From assembly GCF_001194135.2 (NCBI RefSeq), contig NC_068982.1:35886762-35950761 (forward strand): 64,000 bases of DNA, read 5' to 3'. The notes under the pieces were generated by a model, which searched no databases, had not been told where the DNA came from, and worked only from the letters and a program-made list of their open reading frames with translations. This document shows, in pieces, positions 37,839-50,478 of this stretch. Numbering within the stretch: the first letter of the stretch is position 1; every line of letters begins with the position of its first letter. The position numbers were made by a program, and so were the translations under genes. The DNA is from Octopus bimaculoides (taxonomy: Eukaryota).

Positions 37839-38134
37839 CATTATTTATATTTGACGGATATTTGTCCTCATCTTGTTTGTTGTTAACACAACATTTCAGC
37901 TGATATACCCTCCAGCCTTCATCAGGTGTCTTGGGGAAATTTTGAACCTGGGTTCTCATTCTTAAGTTATGTTAATAATAATAATAATAACAACATCAAA
38001 AAATACCTTAGGAATGAGAACCCAGGTTCAAAATTTCCCCAAGACACCTGATGAAGGCTGGAGGGTATATCAGCCGAAACATTGTGTTAGCAACAAACAA
38101 GATGAGGACAAATATCCATCAAATATAAATAATG
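37839..38134. repeat. Penelope-type inverted repeat: about 128-bp arms (37839-37966 / 38007-38134) around an (AAT)n spacer
   Basis: The arms are near-perfect reverse complements and each carries a CTGATGA...GAAA motif. A related, centre-deleted palindrome lies at about 22845-23000. Confidence 0.85.
38043..38088 (+). ncRNA. Minimal type I hammerhead ribozyme-like motif; mirror copy at 37930-37885 on the minus strand
   Basis: GACAC-CTGATGA-A-GGCTG(gagggtatat)CAGCC-GAAA-CATT-GTGTT: stem I GACAC/GTGTT, core CUGAUGA and GAAA, perfect 5-bp stem II. The stem III tetramer ACGT is mutated in both copies. Confidence 0.65.
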
Positions 38135-40039
38135 TACATAATTCCTCATCTCTTAAATATAGAACTGTATTATTCACTAAATCATTATAATTCAACCAGA
38201 TAATTTAGAAAGATAACAACTATATCAGTCTGATACAAATTAAAATATGAATTCATGTACACTCTGTAACGGGCTGTGAAAGCTGGTGCTCCTTTGGCAG
38301 GGGATCTACAAGGGAGATTGCTTTAGGTTACTTTCAAAGTTATTTTGTACATACTTAGCATTGTAAATATATTTTTCCAAAATTCTTACTATTTTAATAA
38401 TAAGAAAACTATATAATTATTAGAATAAGCACATAGATCACCCACCCAAGTAAATTTGCTCACATTAGATCACATGGAAACTAGCACAAACTAAAAAGTA
38501 ACCTAAAGTAATCTCCCTTTAAATTGTAGAACACACAGCAAAGTGGCATGTTTCTTTTCTTAAGAAATTATGTGAATTTAGTGCTGATTTCTTGTAAAAA
38601 TGCAACTGCCTTGTAAAAATCTTTAGCCGACATCTTACAGGTTTTTAGAAATTGAAAAGTAAACTAAAAAGTAACCCAAAGTAATTTCCCTTGTAGATCA
38701 CACACCAAAGGAACACCCCTAAAATCTTCCTCAAATCACACTCTACATCTGAAAAAGAGAGGGACACATTGAATAATATGGTTTTAAAAAGCAAATTGCC
38801 TGAAAAATGAAGGGGAAAAATCACAGCTTAAACATATTTGATCATAGGCCTGGTTAATCAGAGCTAACCTGGGGTGGGGTTCAAACAATTTGAGGAAGTT
38901 AAAAATCAAAGAATAACTAATCCCAGAGAACAGTGAAAAGGCAATTTTCCTGAAATCATCATTTTTCAGGTGAAAACATAATACGAATGATATTGTAGAA
39001 ATACTTTACCAGAGTTTTGCAAGTTTTACTTATAATTCAGTACAATTTAAGGATAACTCACAGTAAAAAGTAATATACAGCATTTATTTCTAAAGCTTTT
39101 CTACATTAATTATATGTTTTACTGTTTTTGTTTAATAGATTAACTCACACATCTTTGGTTGGCCCAGGACTATGGTAGAAGATATTTGCCCTAAGTACCA
39201 TGCAGAGGTACTGAACCTGAAGCCACATGGTTTCAAGGACCTTTGAATAAAACCTCCAAATAATGGTGTACGACAACAACATAAAAAAAATTAAATAAGA
39301 CCTCAGTTGTTTTATTCCTTATCTTTAGAATCAAAGGCGTGGCTGTGTGATAAGAAGCTTGCTTCCCAGCCACATGGTTCCAGGTTCAGTCTGACTGCAT
39401 GGTACCTTGGACAAGTGTCTTCTACAGTAACCTCGAGCTGACCAAAGTCTTGTGTGTGGATTTGGTAGCGAGAAGCTGAAAGAAGCTTCTCGTGTGTGTG
39501 TGTGTTAAAATGATTAAAAAGGGCTAGTTATGCTACTTTATACTGGAGTATATGTTCATAAATATATGAGATAGAGAGAGACAAAGAGAGGGAGAGAAAA
39601 GAGAAAGCAGAGAGTAAAAAGGAGTCATGAAGAAAAAAAACAACAAAAAAAAACCAAAAAAACTTTCAACATTGTCTTATCAATTTAATAATTATAATAA
39701 TTTTCTTCATGTTTTTTTAGTCCCTCAAACAGACATGATTTTGTTCGAAGCACATACATAAAAAAAAGGACATTTGAATTTGTTTTATAAATTTTTGATT
39801 TTCATGTTTAAAGAGAAAAGAATGAAATCCTAAAACAATTCAAAGCAAAAATTAAAACAGCAAATTTATTTAACAGTAATCAATGCTTTGAGAAGAAGGA
39901 ATGAACAACAAAGAAAAACTAATGTAGAATGTTCCATGAAGTATTTTCAAATCCTCAGTTTTGAGTGCCATAGATTTTACAGTTTTAATCAGACATTGAA
40001 TGTATATTGTTTTAACCTTAGATGAATACAACTAAAACA

Positions 40040-40073
<34 letters not shown>

Positions 40074-40494
40074 GGAATGTAAGAAACTACAACAGTTGTC
40101 ATCACCATCACCACACCAATTACAGAAAAGGCTGGAAATAATAACATCTTTATCATTACCACCTAACAATTCTTCTAACATTAAACTGTTCCAGTAACTC
40201 TAAGTTAGAGTACCATCGTCAGCATGTTTTTCATAATACTAAGTAATGATTTTTTTCCTCTTTAGTAACTTATGAGAGTACTGTGAGCTCATAAAATATT
40301 CAATAATTACCCAGTGTCTCTGCTACTTACAGCAATAAAGTATACCTTTCACAGTGCTTATTTATTACGATGTAGTCTGAGCAGTAAGAATTAAATGGTT
40401 TTCAAGGATGCAGTGAAGCAAATTAAACTAATGGCTTTTTAACCAGCAGACTGACAGCTTGTTTCAGTCTTTAATCATTATATTTATTACTCCC

Positions 40495-40850
40495 AGTGTG
40501 GAGACACAATGGCCCAGTAGTTAGGGCAGTGGACTCGCAGTCATAGGATCATTGTGTTTATTGAGCGAAAACACCTAAAGCTCCTTGAGGCTCCAGCAGG
40601 GGATGGTGGTGAATCCTGCTGTACTCTTTCACCACCACTTTTTCTCACTCTTTCTTCTTGTTTCTGTTGTATCTGTATTTCAAAGGACCAGCCTTGTCAC
40701 ACTCTGTGTCACACTGAATCTCCCTGAGAACTACGTTAAGGGTACACATGTCTGTGGAGTGCTCAGCCACTTGCACGTTAATTTCACAAGCAGGTGTTCC
40801 TTTGATTGGATCAACTGGAACCCTCGTCGTCATAACCGACAGAGTGCCAC
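40495..40850 (+). mobile_element. Third SINE family with a tRNA-like head (gagacacaatggcccagtagttagggcagtggactcgcagtc)
   Basis: A-box-like head and a GC-richer body ending ..ccctcgtcgtcataaccgacagagtgccaca. Only one copy is in the window. Confidence 0.55.
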
Positions 40851-42285
40851 AATTATTCCCAGTAGCTTCAGTATTGATCAAATATTGATAAATCAAATTT
40901 AGAAAAAGGAATTTGCAGAATTATCAGCTGAGTTATTAATTATCAAATCTAATTTCATTTCTGACAAACTCTAGTTTGAAACTTTTGTTATTCTTTCATC
41001 ACCATTATTATTTTACATCCTCCTTCCATGTTGACATGGGTTGGACGGTTTGATAGGTGTTGGCCAGGCAGGTGCTGACACCAGATTTCTGTGTCTGTTT
41101 TGGCAGGGTTTTTATGGCTGAATGCCCTTCCCAACACCAACCACTCCGCAGAGTGTACTGAGTGCTCTTTACATGGCACAAGCACAGGTAAGGTCAGTTT
41201 AGTATGGTTTTTACAGATAGATGTCCTTCCAAACACCAACCACTTTACAATGTGAAATGGATGCTTTTTAAGTGGCACCAGCACTGACAGGATCACCAAG
41301 TAACTTGCAAGACAAGGATCTTTTGAGAGGGGAGGTGGCATTGGAGGAGGGGATATTGTGTCAGATGATGAAAGGTTATAGTGAAACAGAAAGAAACAGG
41401 TGTCTTGTTGTAGGGCATGTACATGGTTACCTGGCTAGAAAGAGAGAGAAAATGAGAACAGAAACAGGTGTGCTATTGTAAAGGAGATACATGGTTACCC
41501 AACCTGAGGGAAGAGCCAGAGAAGGAGAGAGTGGGAGGCAACAGGAATGCAAGAGAGCAGGAGAGAGATAGTGACAAAGTGCCAGGCATATTCATAAAAG
41601 TGGGAATCAGAATATAAATGGGATGGTCAAGTAATCAGAATATAATAGGATGATCAAGAGAGAGAGATAGTGGCAAGTGTCAGGGCATACCCTTGAGATA
41701 CGGAGGTCATAATATAATGGGCAGGACATTGCCAAAGAAGTGTGTATAGAGAGTGGGGTAGGGGAATGTAGTGAGTGGTGAAAACTTGGGTATATAGTGG
41801 GGGGAGCTACTGGATAGCAATGATACAGTGATAATGAAAACAGAGAAACAACAATTGGCTTAATTAGAGAAATTACTTGGTCAGTATGAACAACTAGATG
41901 TTTTCTACTGAATTGCCTTGTTCTCTTTTATATGAGATTTATTTTGGTTCAAAAATAAACAAGTAACTTATTAACTGCAGAGTTCTCAATTTATGTCCAG
42001 AGACTCACCTGTTATGAGTCTCTGGTAAAACTCAACTTCAAATACAAATAACAGGAACTTTGAATGATAGAAAAGTGATCCATTAGCTCCAAATCTTTTT
42101 ATGTGGTACAAAAGAGCAAATCGATACTACTTGTATTATTTTAGAAAAATATCATACAAAAACACGTGGTTTCCCAACAAGTCACAGCTGCTACTCCGTT
42201 TTGTTGTGGTTTTTGTTTGTAACCATTTCATATCATTTATATTGCTAATGTTTCCAGGAAGGCTCTTAGTGTTGCAGCTCTTCTA

Positions 42286-43514
42286 TTGGGTTGGCAACTA
42301 AGTTCCCGCTGTTTCTTAAAATTTAAATTTTTTAAAAGGTTTAATAAAAAATAACAACTAATTAATCAATAATGTATTCACCCTTGTTGTTTACAATTTC
42401 TTCCCAACGTTCAACAAGATTTTCAATACCTCGGTAGAAATCACCCGATTTTGACTTGAAAAATTGATCCAACTAAGCTCTCAATTCTGCATCAGTATTG
42501 AACGAAACTCCACACATAGCATTTGAAAGAGATCGAAAGAGGTGGAAATCTGTTGGTGCCAAATCAGGAGAGCACAGCAAGTGCGGCAGCACTTCCCAGC
42601 CATGCATTTGAATGGCTACCTTAGTCATATTGGCGATATGAGGGCAGGCGTTGTCGTGCAGCAGAAGAACTCCATGCTGCCGATTAGGTCTTTTCTCTTG
42701 AATAGTCATGTTGAGTCGTTCCATCTGTTCAACATAGTGTTCCACATTGACCATTTGGTTCCGTTCAAGCAATTCGTAATGGATAATCCTTTCCCAGTCC
42801 CACCATACGCACAACATCGTTTTACGTGGATGAAGATCTTGTTTCATGCACGGTGTCACTTGTTTACCGGGGCTAAGCCATTCCTTATGCTGCTTCATAT
42901 TGATGATGTACAGGCACCACTTTTTGTTGCCAGTAACGATTCGGTAAAGAAATCGTTGCTTGCGTCCATTAGTTGAGCGGTGACAAGCAAGCAAACCAGC
43001 AGAGATTGTGGCTCATTGATTTTTGTTGTTGTCACTTAAAACATGCGGAACCCATGCTCCATACTTCTGAACCTTTCCCATCAAGTGAAGATGCTTCTCT
43101 ATAGCAGTGTGGNNNNNNNNNNNNNNNNNNNNNNNNNNNGCAAAAGTTGCTTTAATCGCTCTTCACCGAACTCAACTGGACGGCCAGAATGAGGTGCGTC
43201 TTTGAGGTCAAAATTTCCATTTTTGAACTTGGCATACCAATCGCAAGCGGTTCTTTCAGCTATAGCACCCTCTCCACACACAGCACAAATGTCGCGAGCA
43301 GCTTTTGCAGCCTTAAAACCTTGATTAAAAGCAAAAGGAAGGAGGTGTTGAAAATGCTCATTTTTCTTAACTTGACATTCCATTTTAATGATCTGAAAAT
43401 TAACAAAAATTAAGTAGAAAAGAAACAGATTCCAAAATGATTCCAAAATAGAATTCTCGAAAAAAATAGATTCCAAAATTTAAAAAAACAGCAGGAACTT
43501 AGTTGCCAACCCAA
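42286..43514 (-). mobile_element. Full-length degenerate mariner (Tc1/mariner, DD34D) transposon
   Basis: TIRs ttgggttggcaactaagttcc at 42286 and its reverse complement ending at 43514, with TA duplications on both sides. The transposase pseudogene runs 43383-42362: MECQVKKNEHF..SGRP, IVTGNKKWCLY (first catalytic D mutated to N), LHDNACPH, SPDLAPTDFHLF, NLVERWEEIVNNKGEYIID*. It has an internal stop at about 42473 and an assembly gap. Confidence 0.95.
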
Positions 43515-44654
43515 TACTTCCCTCATTATACCTATCATGCAGCACCAAATATGTACATGTGTGTACATATGAATTTATGTACTTAGGTATGTATGCATGT
43601 TCACCTTTATAACATGGATTAGTACTGGATCTCCTCTATTCAACTCAGCTTATGCTTTCCACTTGTTCGCCTCTCTTCCTCATTAATCCTTGAAATGAAC
43701 TCTTTCTCTTTCCCTTACTTTGAACCCCAATACTGTCCCCCCTGTTACAACACTAAATCTGTTGCTCCCATTCATACTTTAACTTCACTCAATACCTCAC
43801 CTAAAGTCATCACTCTCTCTCCAATACTCCCTTTTGTAACAAGGTGACCTCACTAATACTGGCACCACAAAAAAAAGTACTTGGTACACTCTATAAGGTT
43901 GAAAGTATCCTTTAGGTTTATAGATAGAGTGTAAGACTTCTATATTGTTAATTCCACAAAAAAAATGCACCCAATACACTCTGTAAAGTAATGTTAGGAA
44001 TAGACAAGACATAGTATTGTCTGAACTCATAGAAATTGAATATGCAAAAACATAATATTAACAAGAGCAAAATAATTTCAAAACCATCTTCTTTATTCAG
44101 TTTTAATAAGTAATCAGCAGCATAATGTGAATTGATGTTCTTTAAAAAAACTTTTGAACTGCCAAAATACCAACACTATCGTGATGGTCAAATGTACAAC
44201 TTTCCTTTAAGAAGTTTGCACACCATATTTCAAAGTATTTTTATTCTGTATCATTTGTAAGGCCTGACTTTATAATATTTGATTAAACTATTAAATCATA
44301 AGTTCACTCTGATCCCCTCACTAGCCACTCCATCATTTCTTGCCATCTCATGACATTTTTTAATCAAACACAATTCATAGAGTTGTCCTCTTAGCAGGCA
44401 ATAACTTCTAATCATCAACTTAGACTTAACCTGTCTTCTTTGTCCAAAATGGATACTGTACATACTTTCTTCATCTCAAACTCTTAAGCCTTCTTTGATT
44501 GACCATTATCTGCCGTATTGCAGAGATATAGACACTCTCTTTATGTTCAACATTTTGATTGAATCCTCAATACCAACAAAAGTAATAATTCACCTGCTTA
44601 CCAACCAAGACAGCATGTTGCTGCTAGTTTTTCCATCCCAACAATATATACTTG

Positions 44655-44878
44655 CTAACCGTTAGCATTCATATTACTCTGTCAAATGTAATGTTTATTT
44701 ATTCACATTGTTTTGAATTAATTATGAATTACTTTGTATCTTCAAGATTTTGATGAAGTGGTTGCATATTTTTAGAATGAAATTGTAGGGTAGATGTGAG
44801 AAGCCAGATCTGGCCCGTTTGGACACAAGACAGAATAATTTGGGCCAGATATGGCCAGTTTAAATGCTAAAGGGTTAA
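44655..44878. mobile_element. piggyBac-type MITE, same family as 37056-37776
   Basis: Same internal sequence (tagcattc..attactctgtcaaatg..gtgtgagagg..) and the same aatgctaaagggttaa end. Confidence 0.75.
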
Positions 44879-45656
44879 AAATAATCCTTAAAATATTTTT
44901 GACATTTATACAGATGAGCAGTTAAAAGTGAAGTTCCTGAAAATGAAACTAGAGATTGAATAAAAAAAAAATAATCGAAGGACTTGTTCGATATGACAAT
45001 ATGACAGTTTATTTTACTTGGGTTACAAATCACTGACATTCCAAGTATCCAGTCAGAGAATAGGGAAATTTTAATGATGAAATCAAAGGAAATTGTTTAA
45101 AAAAAATAAAAACTAATGTCATGCATACTTATGTGCTTCTGTGTGTATACCAAGTTTATTTTTAAGAACACACACAAAATTTCACATGGACACATACATG
45201 TATATACACAGACACTTTTATCTAATGAAGAGCAAAACTTTAAATCATATAAATCTCGTTTTAGAAGGCACATCAAGAAAATGTACCTTGTCACACACTC
45301 ACATTACCAACGTATTTAAAAGTCTGCAATGTACAGTAACCCAACGTTTGCTGTTAACCACTTGATTATGTAGATAGAGTGCATATGTTGTAGCAAAATC
45401 TTACACACACACACACACACAGAATCACTCCGGTGATTAGCAATACAACAGAAAATGCAATATTATTTGCACTTGTATTCCAAAATCTCCAGCTAGTCAA
45501 GGTGAGAAACAAACTTCATCATGTCTTGCCTACAATAACTGGACAAGAAATAGCAGCGATGTTGTTTGAGAAAGCATTCTGCTCTCTGCTAATAGTTGTT
45601 GGGATATCCTGCTACAGTCTCTGCTCGGGATCCACAGCAAATAGTTTCAGATATTG

Positions 45657-48020
45657 TCAGGAAAATTGCTGAAGAGCTAGCTTCACCCTGAAACAGAGAG
45701 AGAAAAATCACATGTCTAGAGAATTTCAAAAATAGTTATTCATTTTAGTTAAACTCAGTTAGTTTTGTTAAGGCTATCATTTAAATAACTTTTCAAATCT
45801 ACATTTAAAAAATCCATTACCATAAAATTAAAAGATGTGGCTAGAATGTGTTTTCCCTTTTTTCTTTTTACAGAATTCAACTCTGTATCTAAAATTAATA
45901 ATCAGTACAGCCAGCCAACATCATCAAATATCCATGTTCTATGCTGGCATGGTTGTTTATGGCCATATTATATTGTAAACACCAGTTCTCCAACCAAATT
46001 CTAAATATTACTGTAACATGAGAACTCAATATGTTTCTAATTTCCTAATATTAAACTAATAGCTGTTAACACTAAGAAGTGAGATGTGAACTAGCAATGT
46101 TCAGTGATAAATAGATTAATGTCATAAGAAATCAAACATGACAGACCTTTGTTGCAGATCCCCTGTAGTTGTTGTGGACAGTTGTTGAAGAGATTTCTGA
46201 ACACCTAAATCTCGCAGCCGTGCTTGTCTTTCTGCCGACCCTGAAGCAAAGAGTAAGTGAATAATTTGTTTGAAAAGGACCAGGAGAGATAAAATAATAC
46301 CAACTTTAATGTAAATATCATTTCTAAGTATAATTATAATTTAACAAAAATGCAATACCACAAAAAAAAACTACAGATACCATGAAAAACACTTTACTTT
46401 GGGTAAATCATTAAATTGTGCAGTCAGAGCTTCTGGAAAATAGCACCAGCCTTAATTTAGGACAGATAGTGAAAAGTGACAGAAATGAAATACAATTTTG
46501 AAATATCTATGCCAAAATCTTAAGTAAATTTCAAAATTTCCAAGTGCACCAATGGGCAGGAAGGAATGTGATAATCAAATCAATACTATCAACTAAACTA
46601 TGTGATTAAAACAACATTCAAAAGTTCAATGACCAAACAGATATAGATCTCTCGGTTTTTTATGCTATATGTTCAGTTCCAATGATAAATATTATGATCT
46701 TGAACGAGTTTGATCTACTTGTATTAAGAACAGAATGAACTGCTTCACACCAAGATAGAATTGTATTGATAGATATAACCGAAAGGGCACAGAATCTAAA
46801 AAATGCTCCACAAGATTCCACAACAACCAAGAAATATAAAACTGGAATAGAATGTTTTTTAAAAACATTTACTCTTGTAGTGGAAATACCTAATAGTAAT
46901 TTTTTGAAGAAGGAAAAACAAAACAAAAATTTATTTTTTTAATTAATAAACAACTAGGTAAAAAAAACAATAATAATCATGATTGCTACTAACATAAACA
47001 CAAAACCCCAAATTGGGAGGAAGTGAGGTTAAATCAATCAAATCAATCCCAGTACTTAACTAGTACTTTATTTTGTCAACCCTAGAGGGATGACAAGAAT
47101 TTGAACTCAGTATGTAAATGCCAAAGAATTACTACAAAGTACTTTGTACATTGGTCTAATGATTTTGCCAATACCCTGTTCATAAAAACTTCATAACTGC
47201 TTCTAATTTAAGTACAAGGCTAGCAGTTTTTGAGGAAGAGGTTTGGTCAATTAAATCAACTTCACTGTTTGACTAGTCCATAATTTTGTCAACAGCTGGA
47301 CAGAGGACAAGTGAAGTTAACCTTGAAAGGAATTTAATGCAGAACATAAATACCACATGAACAAATGCCACAAGACATTTTGTAAAAAATTCTAATGGTT
47401 CTGCCAGTCTCTTGTAAAGAATTAATTCCAATCAAGTGCATTTTATTTATCAAAAACAATGTGACATTTTTGTATAGTTTACAAAAAATATCATTTAAAA
47501 GCATCATACCCTCATCATCATTCCACACCAGGTTACAGATGCAATAGACTGCAGCTAGTTGGACTTTTTCATTATTGTGTACCTGATGAAGAAAAGAATG
47601 TAAACAAAATTAGAATTAATTCCAGATATCAAAAGAAAGACATATAAATATAACTAGAAAGCATTTGATTGTACTAAAGCAGCATGAGACTTGTTGTCTA
47701 TCAGGTTATAACCCAAACCTTATTTTAGAGCAAAGTTAAATATATATTAAGCAAATCAACTGGTTACAAAATAGCAGTAACGTCAGTCCCTATGGAGCAG
47801 CCATGTTTAAGTGGTGATAAGCGTTAGCTCTAAATATATATTTGCTTTTGCATTGGTTTTTCCATGTCTGCATGGGTGAGATAAATATGTTATTGAGGCA
47901 TTATATGACAGCCAGATGCATTTCCTGATGCTAACTCTTACCTGTTTTTCAACTAAAAAATTTCTTATTTTACATCTGTATGAAAGCATAGAGTGAATGA
48001 AATGTAAATGAAACATACAT

Positions 48021-48087
<67 letters not shown>

Positions 48088-50434
48088 CAACAGTCTTCTT
48101 TCAATATCTGTCTACTAAATACACTCACAAGGCTTTCATCAGCCCAGAACTATAGTAGAAGACACTTGTTCAAGGTGCCATGTAGTGGCACTGAACCTGA
48201 AGCCACATAGTTGGCAAGCAAACTTCTTAACCACACATCCATTCATGCCTGAGGAAATTAATTTAATACAATTGTTTGAGTACTACAAAAATGTACAAAA
48301 TGCAAAATATTATTGTACTTAAAGTTTTGTTCAGCTATTTAAACCAAAAAAAAAAAAACCCAGATCAATAAGACTTACCATATAATTGATTAATTTTCGA
48401 AGAACATCTTCATTCCCCACGATGAAATCCTTAGCAGTCTTTCCATCAGCAATATGACCTAATATACACAGAGCCTATGAAGACAAAAATATGTAATTCT
48501 GTGAATAAATAGAATCATATTGACCCCGACAATCGAATCACCAAATGTTGCATAATGTAATAATCAGAAAACAAGCTACAACAAATTGGAATAGTGAAAA
48601 CAGTCAGTAAGTGATTAAAGATTATTGGTGCTTCCTTAGGCATAGACACCTATGGCTACTTTTTCTGATTAGTTGTAGTGCACCTCAGCACTGTATACAA
48701 TAAGTTCATTATTATTATTATTATTACTACTACCTAGTTAGAGACAGGCACAAAACTTGACAACAGCTATTATTTCTAGCCAATCAAGTGACTATGCACA
48801 GGCTTCCTCATTCACTCAAGTTACAAAGATGATGCTATATGTCATTGAAACAGAAAGCCAAAGAAGATTTATAAAAGTTGGAGATGAAGAAAGTAAATAC
48901 AAATTAGACTGCTATTTCTAGCAGATTGAGTGATCATGTAGAAGCTCTTTCATGAGGCTCATATTTACATTAGATTCTATATATATATAGAAACAATATG
49001 GCTAAACATACAATTGTAGCCATCCCACCTTCAAAAACAAAACCCTACTGTTATTGTCCAGGCAAATGACTGCATTTGGAAGAATAAGGACTTTAAAATG
49101 GTAGAGAATCTTAAATAAAGACATTCCTTCAGTAGATGATTCAACAATACTTCTACTTCACTTACAAAATATATCTGTGTGTGGTGTGTGTGTAACAGCT
49201 GGAGATGAAGAAGGTGAATACAAATTAGACTGCTATTTTTAGCAGACTGAGTGACCATGTAGAAGTTTCCTCAGAAGCTCATATTTACATTAGTCTCAGA
49301 TATCATCATCATCATCATCGTTTAGTGTCTACTTTCCATGCTGGCATGGCTTCTATGGTTTGACTGGAACTGGTAAGCCAGAGAGCTGTATCAGGCATGG
49401 TTTCTGCAGCTGGATGCTCTTCCTAATGCCAACCACTCCAAGAGTGTAGTGGGTGTCTTTTACATGTCACTGGCAAGGGCGCCTTAGAAATCTACCTATG
49501 CACAGTATCTAAACAGATCCATTGTGTTAAATAAAGTCAACAAGTGTTGCATTCTGTGTTTTATAAATAAAATTACCATAAACATACCTGTTCCTTGATA
49601 TCAACACAATGTTCACCTTCCAAGATAAAAACAACAGCCTGCATAATTTGGTCACCATAGCCATTCATAACATTGTCAATGTGCTGAAAAATAATAGAAA
49701 CAGAACATGGAGCAGAGTATATGACTGTGTCTGTGTACACACAAACACATGCTCACAAATTTTTGCATATTTCATTTTTCCATGCTAATCTTGGAAACAG
49801 AGGGTACCTGGTATGTGCAACAAGTCCTTAATAAAAATCCTGACAAGTCAACCACTGAATACTAGTAATGTAGTCTAACAATATATTTGGAAAGAGAAGT
49901 AATACAAAGAGAACAAAAAGAAGCTAGTTTGAAAAACCTCCTAAAGGATTATATAAAACGATATTATATAGGTACAGGCATGACTGTATGGTTAAGAAGC
50001 TAGCTTTAGAACTTCTTGGTTTTGAGTTCAGTCTCGCTGCATATCTTCAGCAACACAGATAGATAGATANNNNNNNNNNNNNNNNNNNNNNNNNNNNNNN
50101 NNNNNNNNNNNNNNNNNNNNNNNNNNNNNNNNNNNNNNNNNNNNNNNNNNNNNNNNNNNNNNNNNNNNNNNNNNNNNNNNNNNNNNNNNNNNNNNNNNNN
50201 NNNNNNNNNNNNNNNNNNNNNNNNNNNNNNNNNNNNNNNNNNNNNNNNNNNNNNNNNNNNNNNNNNNNNNNNNNNNNNNNNNNNNNNNNNNNNNNNNNNN
50301 NNNNNNNNNNNNNNNNNNNNNNNNNNNNNNNNNNNNNNNNNNNNNNNNNNNNNNNNNNNNNNNNNNNNNNNNNNNNNNNNNNNNNNNNNNNNNNNNNNNN
50401 NNNNNNNNNNNNNNNNNNNNNNNNNNNNNNNNNN

Positions 50435-50478
<44 letters not shown>

